IMG/VR virus record: IMGVR_UViG_3300046787_000130
Location: 97,238 to 161,237 of that record
Direction: 5' to 3' (one strand)
From: a virus
DNA: 64,000 nt
The notes under the pieces were generated by a model. It saw only the letters and a list, made by a program, of their open reading frames with translations. It did no database searches and was not told where the DNA came from. Positions 9,141-18,895 of this stretch are shown here, one piece after another; the stretch's first letter is position 1; each line of letters begins with the position of its first letter. A program made the translations under genes and the position numbers.

Positions 9141-10363
9141 TTACAAAAAGTGAACACCTATCTACCTGTTTAATTACTGGTAGCCCAGTACAGAAGATAC
9201 TTGATTTAGGTCAGCATGCGTATGCAGATACCTTCATAGCAGAAAATCAACTTGATTTGTCTGAGCCAGTATTCCCACTACAATTGTTTATGAACTCAGA
9301 TTCAGGTTCAATTCAACTTGGTTACGTTAGCAAGGCTGAAGACCGCTACAATCTATACGGATACAGTTACACCTCAAGCAACTCTCAAACATCAAGAAAT
9401 CATTGGACTGAATATGCTACGACAATACAGGAGAAGTATCCATCTCCTAAACTAGCAGTAGAGATTGGAAGCAATGATGGATATCTAATCAATCAGTTTA
9501 AGTCAACAGCCAAGAGAGTGCTTGGAGTAGACTCATCTGAAGAAATGTGCAATCTTGCCAACGCAAATCATATTCCAACCATCTGCAATTTGTTTGATGA
9601 GACTGTTGCAGATAGTATTCGCGAAGAGTATGGTGAAGCCGATATTATCATGGCTAACAATGTTTTCAATCATGCTAACAATCCAGTTGGGTTTGCTAGA
9701 GGCGTATTGAAACTGTTGTCTGCTAATGGCGTGTTTGTATTTGAGGTTCCATCTTGGGCTGAGATGGTTACTAGCAACCGATTTGTTGATATGGTATACC
9801 ATGAACACATCAGTTACTTTACTGTGCGGAGTTGCTGGAATCTACTACAAGCCGCTGGTCTAGACATCGTTGATTTTAATGTTGTAAATTATCATGGTGG
9901 TAGTCTTAGAATTGAAGCAAAGAAGTCTACTGGGACGGGCATCATGCCCAAGAAGGTTGCTGATGCAATTCAAAAAGAAATTGAACTGGGGCTATTTGAC
10001 GTTAACTTCTATACAACATTTCAGCAAAAGTTAGAGCGCGATAGAAATGCTTGGTTGAACAAGTTCTATCAGATTCTAAATGATGAACCAGATGCCGTAA
10101 TAATCGGTGTTGGAGCAGCAGCAAAGGCTAACACTTGGCTCAACTGGCATCGACTAGATAAGACATTACTGCGTTGTATTACTGATGCATCTCAGTTTAA
10201 GCAAGGTAAGTATACGCCACTAACCCGCATCCCTATTGTCGATGACTCTGAATTTGCTAAGTATGATAAGCCATATGCGCTGGTTTTGAGTTGGAACATT
10301 GGAGATGCTCTAAAGGCTGCACTATTGAAAATTAATCCAAACGTGAGGTTCATTTCGCAATGA
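9137..10363 (+). CDS. NDP-hexose C-methyltransferase (TcaB9/EryBIII/NovU-like)
   Basis: EIGSNDG, ANNVFNH, YHEHISYF, HGGSLR, GAAAKANT, KQGKYTP, LSWN. Confidence 0.9.
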   Translation: MITKSEHLSTCLITGSPVQKILDLGQHAYADTFIAENQLDLSEPVFPLQLFMNSDSGSIQLGYVSKAEDRYNLYGYSYTSSNSQTSRNHWTEYATTIQEKYPSPKLAVEIGSNDGYLINQFKSTAKRVLGVDSSEEMCNLANANHIPTICNLFDETVADSIREEYGEADIIMANNVFNHANNPVGFARGVLKLLSANGVFVFEVPSWAEMVTSNRFVDMVYHEHISYFTVRSCWNLLQAAGLDIVDFNVVNYHGGSLRIEAKKSTGTGIMPKKVADAIQKEIELGLFDVNFYTTFQQKLERDRNAWLNKFYQILNDEPDAVIIGVGAAAKANTWLNWHRLDKTLLRCITDASQFKQGKYTPLTRIPIVDDSEFAKYDKPYALVLSWNIGDALKAALLKINPNVRFISQ

Positions 10364-10764
10364 AAGTCTATAACATCTATATGAATTTAGAAGAAGGTCT
10401 AAGTTCTTTTTCAGATAATCGCGGCAACATTACTGATATCTTCTTCAAGAAGTCTATCAATCATGGTTGTATTATTACTAACAATCCCGGTGCTGTTCGC
10501 GGTAATCATTACCACAATCATACTACTCAATACACCTACATTCTTTCAGGTAGTTTAGAATACTATTCATCTGAAGTTGATAGTAATCTCGTAGAACGTT
10601 ATGTTGCTGTTCCTGGTGATATGATTATAAGCGAACCTCGTGAGATTCATGCAATGCGCGCAGGTGAGGATGGTTGCGTTTTTATTGCTTTTGCAGAAGG
10701 TCCACGCGGCGGCGCTGACTATGAGACTGATACGGTAAGAGTTGAATCAATCATCTATGACTAA
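10360..10764 (+). CDS. Cupin sugar epimerase/isomerase (RmlC/FdtA-like)
   Basis: DNRG, RGNHYH, EIHAM cupin motifs. Confidence 0.8.
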   Translation: MKVYNIYMNLEEGLSSFSDNRGNITDIFFKKSINHGCIITNNPGAVRGNHYHNHTTQYTYILSGSLEYYSSEVDSNLVERYVAVPGDMIISEPREIHAMRAGEDGCVFIAFAEGPRGGADYETDTVRVESIIYD

Positions 10765-11344
10765 GGTTGCTGTAGTTTTTGGGGCAAGTGGCGGGATTGG
10801 AAACGCCACTTGCCTAGCATTGTCTGCTGAATATAAAGTCATTGCTATAACAAGAGAAGAAATTGACTTATTTGACAATCTAAGTTATAATCAGATATGC
10901 GCTTTCCTTACTGCTATGCAACCAGACTTAGTTGTCAACTGCGCAGGACATTTTGCGGACAATACTGAAACGCATAATGCTACGATGGACATCAATGTTG
11001 GCTCTAACTGGAGCATCATTAAACACTACATTGACAATCCATCATCCAAACCTGTTAAAGTTATCCTTGTTGGTTCAAGCGCATATCGTGAGGGCAGAAA
11101 GAACTACATGCTATATGCCGCAAGCAAAGCAGCACTATATAATTTGTGGCTAAGTTCTGCCGAATACTTTCAGAGTAGCAATGTTGCGGTTTCACTAATT
11201 AATCCAGTGAAGACCAAAACTAAGATGATGGACCCAGCATCAACTAGATTCATACTTCCGGAAGATGTAGCGCAAAAAATATTAGCAATGTCATCAACAG
11301 CATTAAGTGAGTGTATTGATTTAGAATACCCGAAGGAGTCGTAA
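10757..11344 (+). CDS. Short-chain dehydrogenase/reductase
   Basis: GASGGIG, VNCAG, SS, YAASK. Confidence 0.88.
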   Translation: MTKVAVVFGASGGIGNATCLALSAEYKVIAITREEIDLFDNLSYNQICAFLTAMQPDLVVNCAGHFADNTETHNATMDINVGSNWSIIKHYIDNPSSKPVKVILVGSSAYREGRKNYMLYAASKAALYNLWLSSAEYFQSSNVAVSLINPVKTKTKMMDPASTRFILPEDVAQKILAMSSTALSECIDLEYPKES

Positions 11345-12121
11345 ATGAAAGTTGGCGTTATTGGAAAAGGCGTAGTTGGTACTGCCGTGTATGAGGGGCT
11401 AAAGCATCTTGGTCATACAGTAAGTTTCTTTGATAAGAAGTATGATGGTTCCAAGGTAGAGGACATCCTAGACACCGATTGCGTTTTCGTATCAGTGCCT
11501 ACAAATCAAGCATCTAACGGCGATTGCGATACCAGCATTGTTGAATCTGTTGTAGCCGAATTAAATGATAGAAACTACAAGGGATTGATTGCTATTAAAA
11601 GCACCGTAATCCCCGGCACATCTGACAAGTTAGCATCCGCATATCCAAATCTGCGAATCTGCTCAGTACCTGAATTCCTCCGCGCTAAGACAGCACTAGC
11701 AGATTTTATGTACAATCATGACCTGCTTATTATTGGTAGCCATAATGATGCGGACTTTGATATAATTAAGAAGATTCATGGGCATCTACCAAAAGCAACA
11801 TCTTGCGTTAAGCCTGTTGAAGCAGAGATTGTAAAGTATTTTAACAACGTTAATCACAGTGTACAAATTATCTTTGCTAACATCTTCTATGATGTATGTA
11901 AAAAGGTTGGTGCTGATTACAATAATGTTTATGATGCTATCATCAAGAGAGAGTGCTTCAACTCATCATACCTAATGTGTAATGAAAACCTCAGAGGATT
12001 TGGCGGACACTGTTTGCCAAAGGATACTAGTGCTTGGGGCAACCTTGTTAAGAATCTTGGACTAGAGTATGCGACAATCCAAGCAGTTCTTTCAGACAAT
12101 GAGAAGATTAACAATGAGTAA
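11345..12121 (+). CDS. ugd: UDP-glucose/GDP-mannose 6-dehydrogenase family (short form)
   Basis: GKGVVG, VPT, IKSTV.PGT, PEFLR, AE.VKY..N, GFGGHCLPKD. Confidence 0.9.
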   Translation: MKVGVIGKGVVGTAVYEGLKHLGHTVSFFDKKYDGSKVEDILDTDCVFVSVPTNQASNGDCDTSIVESVVAELNDRNYKGLIAIKSTVIPGTSDKLASAYPNLRICSVPEFLRAKTALADFMYNHDLLIIGSHNDADFDIIKKIHGHLPKATSCVKPVEAEIVKYFNNVNHSVQIIFANIFYDVCKKVGADYNNVYDAIIKRECFNSSYLMCNENLRGFGGHCLPKDTSAWGNLVKNLGLEYATIQAVLSDNEKINNE

Positions 12122-13007
12122 AATTCTAGTGACTGGTGCCAGCGGTTTGCTGGGGACAGAATTCTGCCGACAACTTACTGAAGCAAATCATGAAGTTTGG
12201 GCTGTTGATAATCATTCACGTTCTAGTACTATTCCACCATGCAGTAAGTGGCTAAAGATTGACTTGAATGATGTAGCAGAACTAAATGCTTTGCCTACTG
12301 ATTTTGATTACATCTATCACTACAGTGCTATTAATGGTACAACAAACTTCTACAAGTATCCGACAAAGGTGCTAACAAATAATTTTGTTTGTGACATTAA
12401 CATATTTGAATTTGCATCACGTTGCGCTAACCTATCTAAGTTGGTATACGCATCAAGCAGCGAAATCGTAGCAGATGACCCAACCCGTCCAGTGCCTGAA
12501 AACACTGATGTGTTTATCAAGAACATTCATAATGCACGTTGGAGTTATCGTCTAGCCAAGATTACAAGTGAAAACTTTTTGGCTAACAGCAATCTGCCTT
12601 GGGTTGTTCTTCGTTACTTTAACGTGTATGGCGAGAATAGCAAGCAAGGGCACTTTCTAGGTGACCAGATTGCTAAGATTAAGAGTGGCGTATTTTCTGT
12701 TATTGGAAGCAACGAAACTAGGTCATTCTGTCATGTTCAGGATGCTATCTTAGCCAGCATCTATGTAGCCGAGAATACTGTTAATCAAGTTGTTAACATT
12801 GGAAATGATAGAGAGATTAGCATTGGTGATGCTGTCAAGGTTATTGCTAAAGAACTTGGTCATCCAGATGCTAACTTTGAAGAACTTCCTAGCATGCCTG
12901 GTTCAGTTGAAAATAGACGCCCCGACATCACCAAACTTAGAAGCATCATGCAACATTACACCCCAATGTCATTTGAAGATGGCATTAGAACAATACTCAA
13001 GAGGTAA
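12114..13007 (+). CDS. NAD-dependent nucleotide-sugar decarboxylase/epimerase (extended SDR)
   Basis: TGASGLLG, ASSSE, RWSYRLAK, RYFNVYG, TRSFCHV, RRPDI. Confidence 0.85.
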   Translation: MSKILVTGASGLLGTEFCRQLTEANHEVWAVDNHSRSSTIPPCSKWLKIDLNDVAELNALPTDFDYIYHYSAINGTTNFYKYPTKVLTNNFVCDINIFEFASRCANLSKLVYASSSEIVADDPTRPVPENTDVFIKNIHNARWSYRLAKITSENFLANSNLPWVVLRYFNVYGENSKQGHFLGDQIAKIKSGVFSVIGSNETRSFCHVQDAILASIYVAENTVNQVVNIGNDREISIGDAVKVIAKELGHPDANFEELPSMPGSVENRRPDITKLRSIMQHYTPMSFEDGIRTILKR

Positions 13008-13010
13008 TTT

Positions 13011-13724
13011 ATGAATCCGTGTATCGTATCATTTTTTATGAATAACATTGACCGTGAAACTGTAGACTTACAAGCAGCTGTTGTGCAGAAGTTTAACAAG
13101 AGCAATGTGAAGCATTACCTCATTAAGGTTGATGCTCCTCATGGAATTGCTATTGATTACTTCTGGGCAATGAATGGTCATAAACCGCATACGTTAGAAA
13201 CATATGATATCAAAGCAACTCTAGACCATGATGTCATTCTGTTTCTAGACATTGATTGTATTCCTCTTCATGAAGATTCAATTGATACTTACCTTGAAGC
13301 AGCCGCAGCTGGAAAGATTATGGGTAATGCCCAACGGTCTAATCATATTGAAAACAATCAGCATGTCTTTGCTGCGCCATCAGCTGCTGCCATCTCACTT
13401 GAGACATTTCTAAAACTTGAAAAGCCTTCAGGATTAGAAACAAAGCGCGGTGATGTTCTTGAAGAGTATACCTTTGCCGCCGAAAAGAGTGGCATCCAAG
13501 TTGACCTTTCAATGCCATTACGTTATGATAATCCTCCTAACCGTTACGATTGGGAAAAAGACCAGCCTCCATATTGGGCACTTGCTGATGGCATGCCTGT
13601 ATATGGTATGGGAACAACTTATGGCGTTGACGGTAAGGAATTGTTCTTCCATAATTTCCAAATTCGAATGGAAGGACAACAGGAAAAGTTTCAGACAAAG
13701 TGTAAGGAAATTCTAAATGGCTAA
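13011..13724 (+). CDS. Putative GT-A glycosyltransferase
   Basis: ILFLDIDCIP DxD motif; RGDV; end of glyco operon. Confidence 0.65.
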   Translation: MNPCIVSFFMNNIDRETVDLQAAVVQKFNKSNVKHYLIKVDAPHGIAIDYFWAMNGHKPHTLETYDIKATLDHDVILFLDIDCIPLHEDSIDTYLEAAAAGKIMGNAQRSNHIENNQHVFAAPSAAAISLETFLKLEKPSGLETKRGDVLEEYTFAAEKSGIQVDLSMPLRYDNPPNRYDWEKDQPPYWALADGMPVYGMGTTYGVDGKELFFHNFQIRMEGQQEKFQTKCKEILNG

Positions 13725-13911
13725 TCGTAGTGATTTTCAGCGCGCAGTACTCCCCCGACAAATCAAAAAGTTTTTGCTTGGTGGTAAGTTTAAAGATGCG
13801 CACGAGTATGGTTCAATGAAACGATTGTTTATTGAAGCCCACAGCATCAATCGTACTGCACGCAACCGTCGCACAACACTTCAACTAGAGACTTCTGACG
13901 CAGAAGGATGA
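13717..13911 (+). CDS. Hypothetical protein
   Basis: SD AAGGA; coupled ORF. Confidence 0.65.
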   Translation: MANRSDFQRAVLPRQIKKFLLGGKFKDAHEYGSMKRLFIEAHSINRTARNRRTTLQLETSDAEG

Positions 13912-14159
13912 ACACTCTAGTTGAACTAAGGACTCTGTTCAGAGAGAACAGAGTTCCTGTAACCGAATATGGTGGTTGGTATTTAAAATGCGGTAATGAT
14001 TCTTGGGGCATAGTTGACGGAGAATACTATAAAAACTACGTCAAGGTTGACAAGAACTTTATCAAACAATATGTAATTGATAAGAGAATGCCTGCGAGAG
14101 CAAGAGCATTTAAAATTAATCCAAATAGGGGATATGAAGATGCCAGTGAGAGTGATTAA
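13908..14159 (+). CDS. Hypothetical protein
   Basis: ATGA overlap. Confidence 0.55.
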   Translation: MNTLVELRTLFRENRVPVTEYGGWYLKCGNDSWGIVDGEYYKNYVKVDKNFIKQYVIDKRMPARARAFKINPNRGYEDASESD

Positions 14160-14436
14160 ATCCGTAACCGGAGAAGAAGTGCTTGGCGATGTTGAAGAGA
14201 TTCAAGGGGGATATCTAGTCTCCAATCCTGTAATTGTTATGCTGCGCGGAATGCCGCAAGGCGGACAGATGGGGCTTGAGTTTGTTCCATACATTGCTTA
14301 TGCAGCAATCAAGTCTGTAGAGTTTGCTACGGATAAGGTAATTCACGTTTTAGAAGTAGACGATTCAGTTAAAAACCAGTATAATACTATCTTTGGCGGC
14401 ATTGTTGTGCCACCTAAGAATATTCTACTGGGGTAA
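14134..14436 (+). CDS. Sm-like/SH3-barrel protein upstream of DNA polymerase
   Basis: K.VTGEEVL..V...NP...Y...FGGIVVP pattern; position before gp43. Confidence 0.65.
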   Translation: MKMPVRVIKSVTGEEVLGDVEEIQGGYLVSNPVIVMLRGMPQGGQMGLEFVPYIAYAAIKSVEFATDKVIHVLEVDDSVKNQYNTIFGGIVVPPKNILLG

Positions 14437-14439
14437 AAC

Positions 14440-16968
14440 TTGAACTTCTATACTAATGTAGCCCTCTCAGGTCGAAACATCCTCCTGAGAGGGATTGAGA
14501 ATGGACAGCGCATTCGCAGGAAGGTGGAGTATCAACCCACCTTCTTTTTGCCGTCTAAAGAACCAACTGAATTTAAGACTCTGACAGGAGAGTACGTTGC
14601 TCCTGTTCAACCCGGCACTATTCCTGATTGCCGTGAGTTTGTTAACAAGTACAAAGATGTTGACAACTTTGCCATCTATGGCAACACCCGATACAAGTAT
14701 GCCTTCATTGGTGAAGAGTATCCTGGTCTAATTGATTGGGATATCTCTAAGATTCTTGTTGCATATCTCGACATTGAGGTCGCATCTGATGACGGGTTTC
14801 CTGAACCTAAAGATGCTAACAAAGAAATCACCGCCATTACCATTAAACTTGGTAACAAGATTCATACCTTTGGTTGCGGTGAATACAATAACACGCAAAG
14901 TCATGTAAAGTACCATAAGTGCGCTGATGAGTATTCATTGCTCAGTCAGTTCATTGACCTGTGGACTTTGTATTGCCCTGATGTTGTTACTGGTTGGAAC
15001 GTCAATCTGTTTGACATCACTTACATCGTAAACCGTATCATCAACCTTATGGGTGAGAGTGAAGCAAAGAAACTCTCTCCATGGAATCAGGTTCATGCGC
15101 GAGAGACAACTATTCAGAATCGTACATTCCAAGTGTATGATATTGTTGGCGTGAGTGTACTTGACTATCTTGATTTGTACAAGAAGTATCCGATGCCCAA
15201 GTCGCAAGAGTCTTGGAAGTTGGACCATATCGCATTTATTGAACTTGGTGAAAACAAGTTAGACTACTCTGAGCATGGCTCTTTGTTTAGTCTATACAAG
15301 GAAGATTTTCAGAAGTTTATTGACTACAATATTCGTGACGTTGAACTTGTTGCTAAGTTGAATGACAAGGGTCGATTGATTGACCTTGCTCTGACTCTAG
15401 CCTATGTTGCTAAGGTAAACTACGATGACGTGTTTGCTCAAGTGACAATGTGGGATGCTATTACCTATAATCATATGCTTGAGAAAGGTATTGTTGTTCC
15501 GCAGCCAAAGGACAAGAGCAAGAAGGAACAATATGCCGGCGCGTATGTTAAGGAACCTGTTCCTGGCGCATATGATTACGTTGCATCCTTTGACTTGAAC
15601 TCTCTGTATCCGCATCTAATCATGCAATACAATATCTCTATGGAGACTCTAATCCAGCCTGATGCATATTCATTAGAGATGAAGGCTATCCGTCAGAGTG
15701 ATATGTCTGTAGATGAGTTGCTATGTAAAGGCGTGTACACTGACTTCCTAGTTGGACAGGATGCTACGATGGCGGCTAATGGTCAGTTCTTCAAGCGTGA
15801 TAGAATGGGCATGATGCCTGAGATTATGGACTTGATGTATAAGGATAGAACCAAGTACAAGAACATGGCTCAGGATGCTAAGAAGAAGTTACAGACTGTT
15901 CTTGGTGATAAGAAGCAGGTTGAGTATCTTGAAAAGGAAGTCTCGCGATATAACAATCTACAGTTGGCAATGAAGGTTACTCTAAACTCCGCTTATGGCG
16001 CGATGGGTAACAACTACTTCCGATTCTTTGATTTGCGTATTGCTGAAGCCATTACCTACTCTGGTCAGTTGTCTATCCGTTGGATTATGAACAAAGTCAA
16101 TCAGTACATGAATAGTGTGCTCAAGACAAACAAGGATTATATTGTTGCGTCTGATACTGACTCCATCTATATCCATCTTGGACCGCTAATTGAGAAGGTT
16201 GGCATCACGGATAAGAAGAAAGCCATTGACTTCATGAACAAGGTTTGTGAGGAGAAGATTCAGCCATACATCGACAAGTCATTCCAAGAACTGGCTGAGT
16301 ATCTAAATGCTTATGACCAGAAGATGTTCATGAAGCGCGAATCTCTTGCTGACAAGGCTATCTGGACTGCGAAGAAGAATTATCTTCTTAATGTTTGGGA
16401 TGATGAGGGTGTCGTATATAAGGAGCCTAAGATTAAGATTGTTGGCATGGCTGCGGTCAAGTCATCAACTCCATCTGCTTGCCGGTCTAAGATTCGTGAA
16501 GCAATCAAGATTATGATTCAGCAAGATGAAGCCACAATGATTCAGTTCATTGATAAGTTTCGTAATGAATTTAAAACTCTGCCTCTTGAAGAGATATCAT
16601 TCCCCCGTGGCGTGACTGGTCTTGCTGAATACTCTGATGGCTCTAACATCTACAAGAAGGGTACTCCAATCCACGTCAAAGCCTCGCTGACCCATAATCA
16701 TTTTATTGATGCGATGCGTCTTACCAAGAAGTATCAACTCATCAAGGAAGGTGAAAAGATTAAGTTCATCTATCTGAAGGAACCTAATCCATTTAGAAAT
16801 AATACACTTGCGTTCATGAATGAAATGCCAAAAGAGTTTAATGCCGAGAGATACATAGATTATGACCTCCAGTTTGAGACATCTTTCCTAAAGCCGTTGC
16901 GTATCATCCTTGATGCGATTGGTTGGAAGACTGAGCAGGTCAATTCAATCGACGACTTTTTCGGGTAA
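14440..16968 (+). CDS. 43: Family B DNA polymerase (gp43), TTG start
   Basis: DIEV exo I, SFDLNSLYP, KVTLNSAYG, SDTDS, KKNY; no intein-sized insertion. Confidence 0.98.
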   Translation: MNFYTNVALSGRNILLRGIENGQRIRRKVEYQPTFFLPSKEPTEFKTLTGEYVAPVQPGTIPDCREFVNKYKDVDNFAIYGNTRYKYAFIGEEYPGLIDWDISKILVAYLDIEVASDDGFPEPKDANKEITAITIKLGNKIHTFGCGEYNNTQSHVKYHKCADEYSLLSQFIDLWTLYCPDVVTGWNVNLFDITYIVNRIINLMGESEAKKLSPWNQVHARETTIQNRTFQVYDIVGVSVLDYLDLYKKYPMPKSQESWKLDHIAFIELGENKLDYSEHGSLFSLYKEDFQKFIDYNIRDVELVAKLNDKGRLIDLALTLAYVAKVNYDDVFAQVTMWDAITYNHMLEKGIVVPQPKDKSKKEQYAGAYVKEPVPGAYDYVASFDLNSLYPHLIMQYNISMETLIQPDAYSLEMKAIRQSDMSVDELLCKGVYTDFLVGQDATMAANGQFFKRDRMGMMPEIMDLMYKDRTKYKNMAQDAKKKLQTVLGDKKQVEYLEKEVSRYNNLQLAMKVTLNSAYGAMGNNYFRFFDLRIAEAITYSGQLSIRWIMNKVNQYMNSVLKTNKDYIVASDTDSIYIHLGPLIEKVGITDKKKAIDFMNKVCEEKIQPYIDKSFQELAEYLNAYDQKMFMKRESLADKAIWTAKKNYLLNVWDDEGVVYKEPKIKIVGMAAVKSSTPSACRSKIREAIKIMIQQDEATMIQFIDKFRNEFKTLPLEEISFPRGVTGLAEYSDGSNIYKKGTPIHVKASLTHNHFIDAMRLTKKYQLIKEGEKIKFIYLKEPNPFRNNTLAFMNEMPKEFNAERYIDYDLQFETSFLKPLRIILDAIGWKTEQVNSIDDFFG

Positions 16969-16973
16969 CAAAA

Positions 16974-17831
16974 ATGGGATACTTAGCACTACTAGCAGGC
17001 TTGCTCCTTTCAGGAACTGCCGCATACTACTCTATTGTCGGCTTGATGGCAATCTTTCCCGGCTCAACTATTGCTATTGTTGCAATGGGCGCAAGTCTGG
17101 AGTTTGCCAAACTTGTCGTTGCATCATGGTTGTATCGTAATTGGAAAGCAGCCCCGCTGTTTTTGAAGAGTGTGTTTTGTACTGGTGTAGTGATTCTGAT
17201 GTTCTTCACGTCAATGGGCATCTTTGGATTCTTATCCAAATCTCATCTTGAGCATACTGCTAGTATGGGTGCTGATACGTCTTATCAGATTGCTTCATAT
17301 GAACAGCAGATTGGTTCCAAAGAGAAGACCATCAAGTTGATTGAGCGTCAGATTGATACTCTTGATAACTCAATGATTAAGTATCTGGAACAGGGTAAAG
17401 TCTCTACAGGATTACAGCAGCGTAATAAATTAAAAGCAGACCGAGGCGCACTTGAAAAGCAACGCCAAGTTGCTGAGTCTGAATTGATTGATTTGAATAC
17501 TAAGATGAATGCATTGAAGATTGATAATGCAAAACGTGAAGTTGAGGTTGGTCCGCTTAAATACATTGCTGAATTGATTTATGGCAGTGATGCCAAGAAC
17601 CACTTTGATTCTGCTGTACGGGCTGTAATCATCCTTATTGTTGCCGTGTTTGACCCACTGGCTGTATTGTTACTGATTGCAGCCAATATGAGTTTCATGG
17701 GAACCAATACAAAGAAAAAACCTTCCAAGAAGGTTGCCTCTACAAAGAAACCGAAGTATAATAACGATAACCTTTACACCGTCATGATGAATGACGAATT
17801 TGGTATACAGCACAAAAAGGATATACAATGA
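16974..17831 (+). CDS. Membrane-anchored coiled-coil hypothetical protein
   Basis: N-terminal TMs, TSMGIFGFLSKSH, coiled coil, EVGPLKYIA, FDPLAVLL. Confidence 0.75.
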   Translation: MGYLALLAGLLLSGTAAYYSIVGLMAIFPGSTIAIVAMGASLEFAKLVVASWLYRNWKAAPLFLKSVFCTGVVILMFFTSMGIFGFLSKSHLEHTASMGADTSYQIASYEQQIGSKEKTIKLIERQIDTLDNSMIKYLEQGKVSTGLQQRNKLKADRGALEKQRQVAESELIDLNTKMNALKIDNAKREVEVGPLKYIAELIYGSDAKNHFDSAVRAVIILIVAVFDPLAVLLLIAANMSFMGTNTKKKPSKKVASTKKPKYNNDNLYTVMMNDEFGIQHKKDIQ

Positions 17832-18895
17832 GTTTGCTTGAAAAGTTAAAGAAGAATACCACTATCAAGGATTCTGCCATCCTTGCTAAGTCTAAGTTTT
17901 TTGATGCTAAGGATATGATTCCCACTAGCATTCCTGCTCTCAATATTGCCTTGTCTGGCAGTCTTGATGGCGGCTTTGCTCCTGGTCTTACAATCTGGGC
18001 TGGTCCATCTAAGCACTTCAAGACTGCTTTCACCTTGCTTATGGTCAAGGCATATCAGGACAAGTATCCTGACTCTGTAGTTCTGTTCTATGACTCTGAG
18101 TTTGGTAGTCCGAAGAGTTACTTTGAATCTTTCGGTATTGATACTGACCGTATTGTTCATACTCCAATCACGGACATTGAACAGTTGAAGTTTGATATCA
18201 TGAAGCAACTCAAGGAAATCAATCGCGGTGAGCGTATCATGATTGTACTTGACTCCATTGGTAATCTTGCTTCCAAGAAGGAAGTTGATGACGCACTAGA
18301 TGGTAAGTCTGTTGCTGATATGTCTCGCGCCAAGCAGATTAAGTCTCTGTTCCGTATGGTAACACCGCACCTCAATCTCAAGGACATTCCTATGATTGCT
18401 GTTGCACACATCTACATGACGCAGGAAATGTACTCTAAGCCTGTCGTGTCTGGTGGTACTGGTCCATACTACTCCGCTGATAACATCTACATTGTTGGTC
18501 GTCAGCAGGAAAAGGAAGGTACTGAACTTGTTGGTTACAGTTTCATCGTCAACGTTGAGAAGTCTCGTTGTGTTCGTGAGAAGGCTAAGATTCCTATCAC
18601 TGTAACCTACGAAGGTGGAGTCAGCAAGTGGTCTGGTTTGCTTGATATGGCTGTTGAATCTGGTCACGTCATTAAGCCATCTATGGGTTGGTATGCTCGT
18701 GTTAACAAGGAAACTGGTGAAGTTGAACCCAAGAAGTATCGCATCAAGGATACTGATACCAAGGAATTTTGGACTCCTATTCTTGAGTCTGCGTCTTTCA
18801 AGGAATGGGTAAACACCAACTACCAGTTCTCTAATTCCGTTGCTGCAACATTGACAGAGGAGTCTGACGATGAGTATGAAGTCGATGATGAATGA
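17828..18895 (+). CDS. uvsX: RecA-like recombinase UvsX
   Basis: LNIALSG, AGPSKHFKT, FYDSEFG, DSIGNLASKKE. Confidence 0.97.
   Translation: MSLLEKLKKNTTIKDSAILAKSKFFDAKDMIPTSIPALNIALSGSLDGGFAPGLTIWAGPSKHFKTAFTLLMVKAYQDKYPDSVVLFYDSEFGSPKSYFESFGIDTDRIVHTPITDIEQLKFDIMKQLKEINRGERIMIVLDSIGNLASKKEVDDALDGKSVADMSRAKQIKSLFRMVTPHLNLKDIPMIAVAHIYMTQEMYSKPVVSGGTGPYYSADNIYIVGRQQEKEGTELVGYSFIVNVEKSRCVREKAKIPITVTYEGGVSKWSGLLDMAVESGHVIKPSMGWYARVNKETGEVEPKKYRIKDTDTKEFWTPILESASFKEWVNTNYQFSNSVAATLTEESDDEYEVDDE

Noticed and set aside
14440-16968. Intein or intron in gp43, helicase or nrdJ
   Set aside because: Lengths are normal and motifs contiguous
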